Part shown: positions 14,768 through 24,018 of the stretch, piece by piece
Layout of the letters: each line of letters opens with the position of its first letter
How positions within the stretch are numbered: the first letter of the stretch is position 1
IMG/VR virus record: IMGVR_UViG_3300033170_000005
Reading direction: 5' to 3' (one strand)
Source: a virus
DNA length: 41,710 nucleotides
The notes under the pieces: model-generated
The model's input: only the letters and a program-made list of their open reading frames with translations
Databases searched by the model: none
Told to the model about the DNA's origin: nothing
Translations under genes and position numbers: made by a program

Positions 14768-16934
14768 GGACGACCTGCAAAAACTTCGCGACCTGAAAAA
14801 GAAAATCAGGCTCGCCGAGAAACTCGCCAAGGGGAACGTGGACCCGGCCCGCGCCCATAGCGACCTCATGGCTCGCAAGTCGCGCGAGCAGTACGCGGCC
14901 CTCTCTGATATCGGCGAATTGCCTGCAATCGTCAACCCTGAGCGGCGCGCCAGATGCGAGGCGAGTCTATTCGAGTTTCTCACGACGTACTTTCCGCAGA
15001 CGACCGGGCTCGCTCCATTTTCCGACGACCACCGCCGCGTCATCGAGTCCATTCAATCAATCGTGCTACGCGGAGGCAGGCTCGCCAACGTGGTCTATCG
15101 TGAGTTCGCCAAGACGGTCATTGCCGAGAATACGATACTGTGGGCGATTCTCAACGGGCATAAGCAGTTCGCCGTCATGGCCGGTATCTCGAAAGACGCC
15201 ATCGCGCATAGCATGGCAAGCATCAAGGCCGAATTGTCGGACAATGAATTGCTCGCCGAAGACTACCCCGAGGCGTGCTATCCGATAGCCTCGCTCGACG
15301 GAAAGCCACAGCGTGCTGCGAGTCAGACTGTTTGCGGAGCCCACACCAACATAGTCTGGCAGGCGGAACTGATAGTATTGCCAACCGTTGACGTGAAGTG
15401 GGCGAAGTGCTGTGGCGCGGCCATTCAAGTCAAGCCGTTCACGAAGCCTCGCGGCGTCGGCTACAAGAATAAGAAAACCGGAAAAAAGGTCCGGCCCGAT
15501 TTCGTTCTGATCGACGACCCGCAAGACGAAGACAGCGCGGTCAGCCCTCTACAAGTCGAAAAGAATCTGCGCATTCTGAAGCGTAGTTGGCTTCATTCCG
15601 CCGGTCATAAAAAAGCGTTTTCCGTGATCGTCAACGGAACCGTCATGGCCCGCCAAGACATGATGGAAAAGCTGCTCGACGATTCCGCATGGGAGGGCCA
15701 CCGTATAGCGTTCGTAAAGTCGTGGTCGAAAGCCCATGATACGTTCTGGCTGAAAGACTACGCGGCGGTTCGTCGTGGCTATGACAAGGAGATACACGGA
15801 GATAGGGAGCGGGCACATAGGCAGGCCACCGCGATGTATCTCGAACGACGCGGCGAGGCCGACGAAGGGTGTGAGATATCCTGGGAGTATCGCTACACGG
15901 AACCGGCTGAAGTCTCTGCGATTCAGCACATCTACAACGTGCTGATAGACGATGGGCTCGACGTGGTATCGACCGAATACCAGAACGAGCCGCTAAATGC
16001 CGAAACAAAATTCAAGCTGACCGCCGTGTGGATAGCCTCTAAAACGAACAACCTGGCACGCGGTATCGTGCCGAAGGAAGCGGAGTTCATTTCATGCCAC
16101 ATCGACGTTCACTTGAGGGTTTTGTATTATACCGTCTGCTCGTGGTCAAAACTATTCGACGGTTCGGTGATCGACTACGGGACTTATCCAAGGCAGCCCG
16201 TGTCGTACTTCGCGGAGAGCAATTCACCGATCGCCATGGCCGACATGCTGCCCGGATCGGATGAAGACGCTTGGATTGTTGCAGGACTGCGGAGCCTTAC
16301 CGATCAGCTATTCGCCGCACAGTATCGCCGCGAAGATGGAGCCGATCTTCGCATGGGCATGATTCTCATTGACGCTCGCTGGGGCGAAAAAAACGCCCTG
16401 GTCAAGCAGTTCGTGCGGCGACATCCCGAGTCCGGCGTCCGGCTTATGTCGGCGCAGGGCTACGGCATCGGACCTGCCCAAAAAACATTCGACGAGTACG
16501 AGCCAGAGCCTGGCACGCGAACGGGACTCGGCTGGCGAATCGGCAAGCCAATCAGCGGCGACCGATGGGTCACCGTGGACGTGAACTGGTGGAAGTCATG
16601 CGTTGCGGCACGGCTCGCCTTGCCAGTTGGCACGCCCGGCGGCATCGAGCTATTCGGCGTCGATCCTCGCGAGCACTCGCTGTTCGCCGACCACTGCGTA
16701 TCGGAAGCTCCCGTCGAGACGACCGCCAAGGGCCGGACTCGCGACGTGTGGGAGTGGCTCATGCCGCACAGCGATAACCACTACTGGGATAACCTGGTCG
16801 GATGTGCGGTCGGCGCGTCGATGCTCGGCGCGCAGTTCCCGGAGATTGCGAGCAAGGGATATCGACCGAAGGGGCGAAGCTCGACACGGCTGACCGCCGC
16901 TCAACTCGCGGCGCTGGCGGGGAGGAGGGTCTGA
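14730..16934 (+). CDS. terL: Terminase large subunit, lambda GpA family
   Basis: The product is 734 aa. ...FVLIDDPQDED looks like Walker B. The C-terminal nuclease region HSDNHYWDNLVGCAVGA resembles GpA-type terminases, and it sits ahead of gpW-like and lambda-type portal genes. ATG 14730 lies inside the terminator stem, so the real start may be downstream (for example ATG 14868). Confidence 0.8.
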   Translation: MRGPHPLRGLFVLDDLQKLRDLKKKIRLAEKLAKGNVDPARAHSDLMARKSREQYAALSDIGELPAIVNPERRARCEASLFEFLTTYFPQTTGLAPFSDDHRRVIESIQSIVLRGGRLANVVYREFAKTVIAENTILWAILNGHKQFAVMAGISKDAIAHSMASIKAELSDNELLAEDYPEACYPIASLDGKPQRAASQTVCGAHTNIVWQAELIVLPTVDVKWAKCCGAAIQVKPFTKPRGVGYKNKKTGKKVRPDFVLIDDPQDEDSAVSPLQVEKNLRILKRSWLHSAGHKKAFSVIVNGTVMARQDMMEKLLDDSAWEGHRIAFVKSWSKAHDTFWLKDYAAVRRGYDKEIHGDRERAHRQATAMYLERRGEADEGCEISWEYRYTEPAEVSAIQHIYNVLIDDGLDVVSTEYQNEPLNAETKFKLTAVWIASKTNNLARGIVPKEAEFISCHIDVHLRVLYYTVCSWSKLFDGSVIDYGTYPRQPVSYFAESNSPIAMADMLPGSDEDAWIVAGLRSLTDQLFAAQYRREDGADLRMGMILIDARWGEKNALVKQFVRRHPESGVRLMSAQGYGIGPAQKTFDEYEPEPGTRTGLGWRIGKPISGDRWVTVDVNWWKSCVAARLALPVGTPGGIELFGVDPREHSLFADHCVSEAPVETTAKGRTRDVWEWLMPHSDNHYWDNLVGCAVGASMLGAQFPEIASKGYRPKGRSSTRLTAAQLAALAGRRV

Positions 16935-17131
16935 TGCTACCAGAGAATCGACCACACCCAGCACAACTCCAAGCCGACGCAAGCTCGCACGACGGCAAGC
17001 TCGGCATCGAGTGCCGGCGGTGCGGCTGCCGTGATTCTTACGTGCGCGATTCAGATCGACACGACGGCTTCATTATCCGTTATCGAGTCTGTCGGCACTG
17101 CGGAACCGTGCGAAGGACGAAAGAGCTGTAA
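16934..17131 (+). CDS. Small four-Cys zinc-ribbon protein (65 aa)
   Basis: ATG 16934 overlaps the TerL stop (TGATG). The motif is CRRCGC...CRHCG. Confidence 0.5.
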   Translation: MLPENRPHPAQLQADASSHDGKLGIECRRCGCRDSYVRDSDRHDGFIIRYRVCRHCGTVRRTKEL

Positions 17132-17277
17132 TCAGTTTCCTATATGTGGGAACATTTTGCGAAACGCGATGGATTATTCAAGACCAACGAGGATACCTAT
17201 GGCATAATCCGACCATAACCAGATCACCGGGCGGCGTCGTCGATTGATCCCCGACGGCGAATCCCAGCGCAAACACG

Positions 17278-17318
17278 AGGCCATGCAGCGGCTGCATCGT
17301 TGCATGGCCTTTTTGTTT
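17278..17318 (+). terminator. Rho-independent terminator in the TerL-gpW intergenic island
   Basis: A perfect 10-bp stem, aggccatgca(17278..17287)/tgcatggcct(17301..17310), is followed by TTTTGTTTG. Confidence 0.7.
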
Positions 17319-17347
17319 GCGCCCGCCCGACTTTTGAAAGCAAAACC

Positions 17348-17548
17348 ATGGCCGACGAAACCATTCAAGACGCGATTGAAGAGACCGCCAAGGGCGTCCA
17401 GTCCGTTTCTGTTGATGGGCAGTCCGTTACGTCCATGGACATCGACAAGCTGATTCGCGCCGACGAGTACCTCGCGAAGAAAGCGGCTGCGTCGAAGAAT
17501 CACCTTGGCCTGTCGTTTCGGCAACTGAAGCCCGGAGGTTGTGGGTGA
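17348..17548 (+). CDS. gpW-like head-tail joining protein
   Basis: 66 aa. VDGQSVTSMDIDKLIRADEYLAKK...RQLKPGGCG parallels lambda gpW ([24 protein letters not shown]...RGPAGFYV). Its position between GpA-type TerL and the portal matches lambda. Confidence 0.6.
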   Translation: MADETIQDAIEETAKGVQSVSVDGQSVTSMDIDKLIRADEYLAKKAAASKNHLGLSFRQLKPGGCG

Positions 17549-19086
17549 GCATCCTTTCCCGAGTAACGTCGATCTTCCGTTCCGTCGCGACAGCGAGGCC
17601 CGTGCCTGAAGTGCGACAGGCGAAGACGGTGCGTGGACGCTATGACGCGGCCGGCGACGGAAGCGAGACGATCAACATTTGGGCCAGCGCCGACGCACTC
17701 AATGCAGACGCATCGAACTCGCTTGCCGTACGAACGAAGTTGCGGAACCGCGACCGCTACGAACGATCGAACAATGGCCATAAGGCTGGCATGCACCGGA
17801 CTCATGCGAATTACGTCATCGGCAAGGGGCCGACGCTGATGATGAAAACTGGTTCGCCTGGATTCAATGCCATGGTTGAATCCGAGTGGAATCGATGGGC
17901 GAAGGCTGCAAAGTTTGCTCGCAAGTTGCGACAACTGAACCGGGCCAAGACGGGAGACGGCGAAGCCCTCGCGGTCATCATTACCGACCTGGGGATTCGG
18001 CATCCGGTCAAGATCAATCTTCGGCCCGTCGAGTGCGACCGCCTAACGTCTCCGCAGTTTCGCACGGACGATGAGCGATACGTGGACGGAATCACGTTCG
18101 ACGAAAACGGGAACCCGCTTTATTACGACATTCTGGACCGTCACCCTGGAGCTACGGTCACATCCGGCGCGCTCGAAAAGTTCACGCGATACTCGGCCAC
18201 ATTCGTCTGCCACTGGTTTTTCGACGAACGACCCGAACAGCATCGCGGCGTTCCCGAAACGGCGGCAACGTTGAATTTGTTTCCGACCGCGCGGCGATTT
18301 CGGGAAGCTACCGTCGCCGCCGCCGAGACGGCCGCCGACTATTCGGCCGTGCTCGAAATGGGAATAGCCAGTGATGGCAATGACGAAGTCGCGCCGTTTA
18401 CCAGTCTGCCCATCGAAAAGCGGACGATGCTCGTTTCGCCGGCCGGCGCGTCGATCAAGCAACTGCAAGCCGAACATCCGGCGACCACCTACGAAATGTT
18501 CAATCGGTCCATCCTCTGCGAAGAGGCACGACCGCTGAACATGCCCTACAACATCGCGGCATGCGATTCGAGCGGATACAGCTACAGTGGCGGCCAACTC
18601 GACCACCAGACTTATTACGTCGCACTCGGGATTGAGCAACAAGAGTGTGAGGCCGACGTGGTAGAGCCGACCTTCGAGGCATGGTTCCGCGAGGCTCGCG
18701 AGAAGTTCGGTTGGAATTCGGAATTGGACTCCGTTCCGAAGCACGCTTGGGGCTGGCCAGGGAAACCGCACAACGATCCTGTCAAAACAGCCACCGCTCG
18801 CAAGATCGCTCTATCCACGGGAACCATGACGCTCGGGCGAATCTATGCGGAAGACGGTGCTGACTATGAAGACGCCCTCGACGAAATGGCCGTCGAGTAC
18901 GGCGTATCCGTGGATGAAATGAAACGCCGCATTCTCGACGCAAATCTCGCGGGCGGCGTGGATGTGTCGGACAGCACGCGACCGGATCGCGCGGAACAAA
19001 GCGACGTGGACGAAACCGAACGCGCCGAAGCGGCATTCGCCCAGCGCGTCATTAACGGCAATGGACATGCGAGGTTCACGATATGA
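17545..19086 (+). CDS. Portal protein, lambda (gpB) family
   Basis: About 513 aa, between the gpW-like and protease genes. GGAGG at 17534..17538 is 6 nt upstream of GTG 17545, which overlaps the gpW-like stop. The track start is TTG 17539. Confidence 0.8.
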   Translation: MSILSRVTSIFRSVATARPVPEVRQAKTVRGRYDAAGDGSETINIWASADALNADASNSLAVRTKLRNRDRYERSNNGHKAGMHRTHANYVIGKGPTLMMKTGSPGFNAMVESEWNRWAKAAKFARKLRQLNRAKTGDGEALAVIITDLGIRHPVKINLRPVECDRLTSPQFRTDDERYVDGITFDENGNPLYYDILDRHPGATVTSGALEKFTRYSATFVCHWFFDERPEQHRGVPETAATLNLFPTARRFREATVAAAETAADYSAVLEMGIASDGNDEVAPFTSLPIEKRTMLVSPAGASIKQLQAEHPATTYEMFNRSILCEEARPLNMPYNIAACDSSGYSYSGGQLDHQTYYVALGIEQQECEADVVEPTFEAWFREAREKFGWNSELDSVPKHAWGWPGKPHNDPVKTATARKIALSTGTMTLGRIYAEDGADYEDALDEMAVEYGVSVDEMKRRILDANLAGGVDVSDSTRPDRAEQSDVDETERAEAAFAQRVINGNGHARFTI

Positions 19087-21212
19087 GCAAGCAATCCCAG
19101 CGGCGAGAAAAGGCCAAGCTAATCAACGCAGCCCGCAAGTGCCACCCGTTCCGCATGGACGTTACGGGCATCGAGTGGGTCAAGGCCGCCGAGGGCGAAG
19201 AGGCGTCCAAGCCGAAGCGATTCACCATGACGGCCTATACGGGCGGCGCGATGGTGGTCGGCTACTACGGCGCGCCGGTTGTTATCGACCTTGCCGGGCT
19301 GTCGGCTGCTGCTCCGCTGCCGATCCTCATGGATCACGACACGTCAAAGATCGTCGGTCATGCGGATGATGTGACTGTCGGCGCGCAATCACTGACCCTC
19401 TCGGGCATCGTCTCCGGTGCCAGCATGGAATCAAGTCAAGTCGTCGAAAGCGCCGGCATGGGCTTCCCTTGGAAAGCGTCGGTCGGCGCGCGGCCAGACA
19501 AGATGGAATTTTTCGACGAAACCACGACCACCAAGGTCAATGGCAAGACGTTCAAGGGGCCTGTTTACGTCGCTCGCAAGGCGACGCTTGGAGAAGTGTC
19601 ATTCGTGGCAATGGCTGCCGACGGCAAGACCAGCGCCAAAGTAGCGGCACGCGCCGCATATCCACAAGGAGAAGGAAAGATGGATTTTGACCAATGGGTT
19701 GAGGCCCTCGGATTCGATGCGGCCGAATTGACCGATCAGCAGACGGCGGCGCTGAAAGCCAAGTTTGATACCGAATCCGCCAAGACCGTCAAGGCGAGCG
19801 GCATCGTCGAGCCGGCCGCCGCGAAGCCCTCGTTTGATCTCTCTGGTTGCGTGCTTGCCTACGAAAAGCACGTCGCCAACGTGCAAGCCGAAGCCGCGAA
19901 GTACGCCGGGAAAATCGACGGCGCGACGCTCGCCAGCATCCAAGCCAAGGCGGGAGAGAAGGCTGCCACGCTCAAGGCCGCGGCCCTCAATGAGGAATGG
20001 GCACCGACAAGGCTGGAGGTCGAGTTGGTCAAGGCTCAGGCCGAGGCCAACGTCGAATTGATTCGAGCCGAACGCCCGAAGGCACCGGCGATTCACGGTT
20101 CGACGCGAGACAACGCGCCCGACGTGATTCAATGTGCCCTCGCCAAGAGTGCCGGACTTCCTGACATTGAGAAGCACTACAAGCCTGAAGTGCTCGAAGC
20201 ATCGGAGCGATTTCGCGGGATCGGCTTGCAGGAAGTGCTCTTGCAGGCGGCCATGGCGAACGGATACGACGGCGGCCGCATGTCGATCACCGACGGCAAT
20301 TTACGCGACGTGCTCAAGGCCGCGTTCTCCGTGCATTCCGTCACGACCATGATCACGAACTTGGGTCACAAGTTCTTGCTCTCTGGATTCGAGACGGCCC
20401 CGCAAATGTGGCGAGAAGTCGCCTCCACGCGAACCGTGTCGGACTTCAAGCAGATCACCGCCTTCCGTCTGACTACCGACCTCGAATACAAGGAGGTCGG
20501 AGCCGGCGGTGAGATTCAACACGGCACGGCAGGACAGGAGTCGTACACGCTGCAAGCGCGGACTTACGCCCGCATGATGCAGCTCACCCGCAAAGACATC
20601 ATCAATGACGACCTGGGTGCGTTTGACGACTTGCGTCGTCGTCTTGGCTTGGGTGCCGCCCTGGCAATGGAGAAATTGTTCTGGACCGTCTGGCTTGCCG
20701 CTGCTGATGGTGCCGCGTTCTGGACGGCCACTCGTGGCAACCTCGTTACGAGCTCGGCGTTCGGCGATACCGGAATCGCGACAGCCGTCAAGGCGTTTCG
20801 TTCGATGGCAGCGCCCGACGGCGGATTGCTGAACCTCAATCCGGTGAAAGTGCTCGTGCCGCCGTCGCTCGAAGCCACGGCGCTAAAGTACTTCAACAGT
20901 ACCGAGATTCGCGACACGACGTCGAGCACGAAGTACCCGACCTCGAACATTTACCAGAACCGCTTCCGTCCGGTCGTGGTTCCGCAGTTGGAGAATTCCA
21001 ATTACACGGGCTACTCGGCCACCAACTGGTGGATGTGCGCCGACCCGGCCATTCTGGCTTCCGCCGTGGTGTGCTTCCTGAATGGCGTGCAAACGCCGGT
21101 TGTCGAATCGGCCGACGCCGACTTCTCGACGCTCGGCATCCAACTTCGCGGATACCACGACTTCGGCGTGGACATGAGCGAATACCGCGCGACGGTCGAG
21201 GCGCAAGCCTAA
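19083..21212 (+). CDS. Fusion of prohead serine protease (HK97/S78-like), coiled-coil scaffold/delta region and HK97-fold major capsid protein
   Basis: The N-terminus has PILMDHDTSKIVGHADDV (S78-like His block). Residues ~195..340 are Ala/Lys/Glu-rich and helical. The C-terminal ~365 aa are capsid-like (...QESYTLQARTYARMMQLTRKDIINDD...). ATG 19083 overlaps the portal stop. Confidence 0.75.
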   Translation: MSKQSQRREKAKLINAARKCHPFRMDVTGIEWVKAAEGEEASKPKRFTMTAYTGGAMVVGYYGAPVVIDLAGLSAAAPLPILMDHDTSKIVGHADDVTVGAQSLTLSGIVSGASMESSQVVESAGMGFPWKASVGARPDKMEFFDETTTTKVNGKTFKGPVYVARKATLGEVSFVAMAADGKTSAKVAARAAYPQGEGKMDFDQWVEALGFDAAELTDQQTAALKAKFDTESAKTVKASGIVEPAAAKPSFDLSGCVLAYEKHVANVQAEAAKYAGKIDGATLASIQAKAGEKAATLKAAALNEEWAPTRLEVELVKAQAEANVELIRAERPKAPAIHGSTRDNAPDVIQCALAKSAGLPDIEKHYKPEVLEASERFRGIGLQEVLLQAAMANGYDGGRMSITDGNLRDVLKAAFSVHSVTTMITNLGHKFLLSGFETAPQMWREVASTRTVSDFKQITAFRLTTDLEYKEVGAGGEIQHGTAGQESYTLQARTYARMMQLTRKDIINDDLGAFDDLRRRLGLGAALAMEKLFWTVWLAAADGAAFWTATRGNLVTSSAFGDTGIATAVKAFRSMAAPDGGLLNLNPVKVLVPPSLEATALKYFNSTEIRDTTSSTKYPTSNIYQNRFRPVVVPQLENSNYTGYSATNWWMCADPAILASAVVCFLNGVQTPVVESADADFSTLGIQLRGYHDFGVDMSEYRATVEAQA

Positions 21213-21281
21213 CCATTACGGTCGTTTCTGGGTTGCGGGACCAGATCACTATTACCCACTTCCTCAGAAGGAATATGAATC

Positions 21282-22352
21282 ATGGCGCAAGTGCCCAGCA
21301 AACGCATCACCTCGCGTGGTGATGCCATCGACTACACGCCGTCCGCCGATGTGGTGGCTGGCGATGTGGTGAACTTCGGCGGAACGCCGCTGGTCGCCAC
21401 CCAAGCAATCGCGAACGGCGTTCTCGGCTCGCTCGCGACCGAAGGTGTCTTCGACGTGCCGAAGACCACCGACACGTTTACGGTCGGCGAATCGGTCTAC
21501 TGGAACCCGGCCGGAACGCCGGTCGCCGATGACACGGCTGTCGGTGCGGCCGACAATGCCACGGGCGACCTGATGGGGTTCGCCGTGGCGAACGCGACCA
21601 ACAACGCGAGTTACGTTCGCGTGAAGCTGACCGCCGCTGAACGGACCGCGACTCTCGCGGGTAGCGTCGGCGCGAATGACATCACGGGAACCGACGCGAC
21701 GCTCAACATCACTGGTATCGCCGGTAGTGATGGTGCCGGTGGTGCGGTTGCCGTCGCTGGTGGCGCGGGCGACGCCAACGAGGCAGGCGGTGCCGTCAGT
21801 GTAACCGGCGGTGCCGGCGGAACTGGCACAAGCAACGGTGCCGCTGCCAGTCTGATCGGTGGTGCGGCGGGAGCGGTCGGTGGAACGGGCGGTGCCGTCA
21901 CGGTCCGGTCGGGTGCCGGCGACGCTACCAACGGCACGGCCGGTGCTCTTGTCATCGACTCGGGCGCGGGCGCGACGAAAGGAGCGATCACCATCGCGAC
22001 CAACGCCGCGAGCCTCACGCTCGGCAAGATGCCTCGCATTCCGGTCGCCGCCGTCAACGCGGCCGGTGCCAATCAGGCAACCGCTGGAGCGCTGTCTGAG
22101 GGCGTCAATATCGTTGCGTTGGCCGACAACTCGGCAGGCGTTCGCCTACCGTCGTGCGTCGATGGTGCTCAGGTCATCATCATTTCGCAGACGACCGACA
22201 AGACGCTGAAGGTCTACCCGCCAACTGGCAAACAGGTCAACGGCGCGGGCGCGAACAATGCCGTCACACTTGCGGCGAATGGCACGGCGTACCTCGTTTC
22301 CGAGGGCGCCAACGCCTACTACGGCGGACTCATTGCGGGAATCATGTCGTAA
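21282..22352 (+). CDS. Head decoration-like protein (DUF2190-like N-terminus) with a Gly/Ala-rich repetitive extension
   Basis: N-terminus: GDAIDYTPSADVVAGDVVNFGGTPLVATQAIANGVLGSLATEGVFDVPK...VYWN. The middle has repeated GGAGG/TGGA tracts. It lies directly after the capsid gene. Confidence 0.6.
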   Translation: MAQVPSKRITSRGDAIDYTPSADVVAGDVVNFGGTPLVATQAIANGVLGSLATEGVFDVPKTTDTFTVGESVYWNPAGTPVADDTAVGAADNATGDLMGFAVANATNNASYVRVKLTAAERTATLAGSVGANDITGTDATLNITGIAGSDGAGGAVAVAGGAGDANEAGGAVSVTGGAGGTGTSNGAAASLIGGAAGAVGGTGGAVTVRSGAGDATNGTAGALVIDSGAGATKGAITIATNAASLTLGKMPRIPVAAVNAAGANQATAGALSEGVNIVALADNSAGVRLPSCVDGAQVIIISQTTDKTLKVYPPTGKQVNGAGANNAVTLAANGTAYLVSEGANAYYGGLIAGIMS

Positions 22353-22366
22353 TCGAACCTAGGTTA

Positions 22367-22418
22367 GCCTGCCGTGGCGCGACGACCCGCAACGTCGCTG
22401 CCACGGTGGGCGTTTTTT
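22367..22418 (+). terminator. Strong rho-independent terminator after the head genes
   Basis: gcctgccgtggcgcgacg(22367..22384) pairs with cgtcgctgccacggtgggc(..22411), with one bulge and two G-U pairs, and is followed by TTTTTT(22413..22418). Confidence 0.75.
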
Positions 22419-22431
22419 GCGGGACCAACCA

Positions 22432-24018
22432 ATGAGCAATGAAGCAAAACGCCATAACGTCTATCTCGCGATTCCCGGCAAACAATTTTGCTGGGGAACC
22501 ACGATCGGCGTTATCAATTCGACGCGGAAACACGCGGCCCATCCGTACAACGGCGGCATGGGATTTTCTGGAGTCATCGACTTCAACCTCTGTTTGACCG
22601 ACGCTCTCAATCTCTACGAAGAGGGCAAGGTTACGCACTTCGCCATGTTGCACGGCGACATCTCACCCGACTCGAACCAGCATTGGCTCGACATTCTTCT
22701 CGACATCATGGACGAAAAAGGCGCGGCCGTCGTGTCGGCCGTTTCGCCCATCAAGGACTTCCGTGGCGTCACGTCCACCGGCATTGGCGACCCGAACGAC
22801 CCGTGGGGCGCGTTCCGCCGATTCACGATGAAGGAAGTGTTGACGCAACTTCCCGAGACATTCGACGCAGCCGACTCGGGCTATCCCGACAAAGTGCTCT
22901 TGCACAACACGGGCTGCTGGGTGGCCGACCTATCCCATCCGTTTTTTCACGAAACGAACCAGGATGGAAGCCTGCGTCATTTCTTCGAGTTTCCGGAGAG
23001 GATTGTCCGCAACAAGGAAGGCAAGTGGGAACATCAACAGGAATCGGAAGACTGGCATTTCTCGCGGCAACTCTGGGAAGCCGGCGTTTACAATACGTGG
23101 ATCACGCGCAAAGTGCGATTCATGCACAAGGGCGGAATCGAATTCCCGAACTACGAAGACTTCGGGCAATTCAAAAACGGCGACGAAAACACGGCGGCCA
23201 AGTGGCGAACCGAACTCGAAGCCAAGCCGCTCGCGTTGACGCAAATGCTGCAATTCGAGTTGGGCACGGAGTGTAACCTTGCCGACCAGCACGACAGGTG
23301 CCCGAATCGCAGCCCGTTGCGATACGCGGGACTCGATACGTCGCACGAACTGGACGACCACACGATCATAGGGCTTGCCGTCCAAGCGTATCGTGACCTT
23401 GGCTTTACCGGATTCGTCGGATGGATTTACTACAACGAGCCGCTTCTGCAAGCCGACCGCATGTTCTCGCTAATGGAGCGGATCAAGGCCGAGGCACCGC
23501 AAGCCCGGTTCATTCTCTGGACGAACGGCACGCTTATGCCCGAGGAATGCGAACGGTTCGCCCAATTCGAGCAAATCATCGTAAGTGGATACAACGAGCA
23601 AAGCTATCGAGGCCGTGAACGACTTTTGGCGAAGAAAATCAATCTTCGCTACATGGACAAGCCGGAACTCGACGGCCGACTCCACCAAATCACGCCGGCG
23701 GATGCGTCGGCCCCGTGTTTTCGTCCGTTCGTCGAGTTCATCATCGACAACTACGGCAACACGCATCTGTGCTGCTATGACTGGCAAGGCAAAAGCACGT
23801 TCGGCAACGTGTTTCATGAGCCGTTTCCAATCATCGCTCAGCGATGGCGCGACATGCTTCCCAGCATCGCGGGACACAAGATGAGCGGCGAGGCCCCGGC
23901 GTGTTGCGTTGCGTGCGGACATCGATGGGACAAGTACCAGTGTCACGACGAGCGAATTGTTGATAGTGCCCGACGGTTCCGTGCCTCGCTTGAACCGAAA
24001 GCCGAGGTCGCAACATGA
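22432..24018 (+). CDS. Two-domain protein: glycosyltransferase-like N-terminal half fused to a radical-SAM-like/SPASM Cys-rich C-terminal half
   Basis: The C-terminus has C-x12-G-x4-C (CFRPFVEFIIDNYGNTHLC) followed by CCVAC...C, as in SPASM/twitch domains. The expected CxxxCxxC position reads CNLADQHDRC, which is non-canonical. The N-terminal call (...THFAMLHGDI...ESEDWHFSRQLWEAGV) is from memory. ATG 22432 is preferred because TTG 22417 lies in the terminator T-run. Confidence 0.55.
   Translation: MSNEAKRHNVYLAIPGKQFCWGTTIGVINSTRKHAAHPYNGGMGFSGVIDFNLCLTDALNLYEEGKVTHFAMLHGDISPDSNQHWLDILLDIMDEKGAAVVSAVSPIKDFRGVTSTGIGDPNDPWGAFRRFTMKEVLTQLPETFDAADSGYPDKVLLHNTGCWVADLSHPFFHETNQDGSLRHFFEFPERIVRNKEGKWEHQQESEDWHFSRQLWEAGVYNTWITRKVRFMHKGGIEFPNYEDFGQFKNGDENTAAKWRTELEAKPLALTQMLQFELGTECNLADQHDRCPNRSPLRYAGLDTSHELDDHTIIGLAVQAYRDLGFTGFVGWIYYNEPLLQADRMFSLMERIKAEAPQARFILWTNGTLMPEECERFAQFEQIIVSGYNEQSYRGRERLLAKKINLRYMDKPELDGRLHQITPADASAPCFRPFVEFIIDNYGNTHLCCYDWQGKSTFGNVFHEPFPIIAQRWRDMLPSIAGHKMSGEAPACCVACGHRWDKYQCHDERIVDSARRFRASLEPKAEVAT

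Noticed and set aside
17174-17524. ORFs 17174..17524 (-), 17244..17453 (+) and the 5' extension of 17300..17548
   Set aside because: They cross the perfect terminator hairpin at 17278..17318. The gpW-like reading frame is only credible from ATG 17348.
22417-22431. TTG 22417 as the start of the GT-like/SPASM gene
   Set aside because: The TTG lies within the T-run of the terminator at 22367..22418. ATG 22432 is the first start clear of the hairpin.
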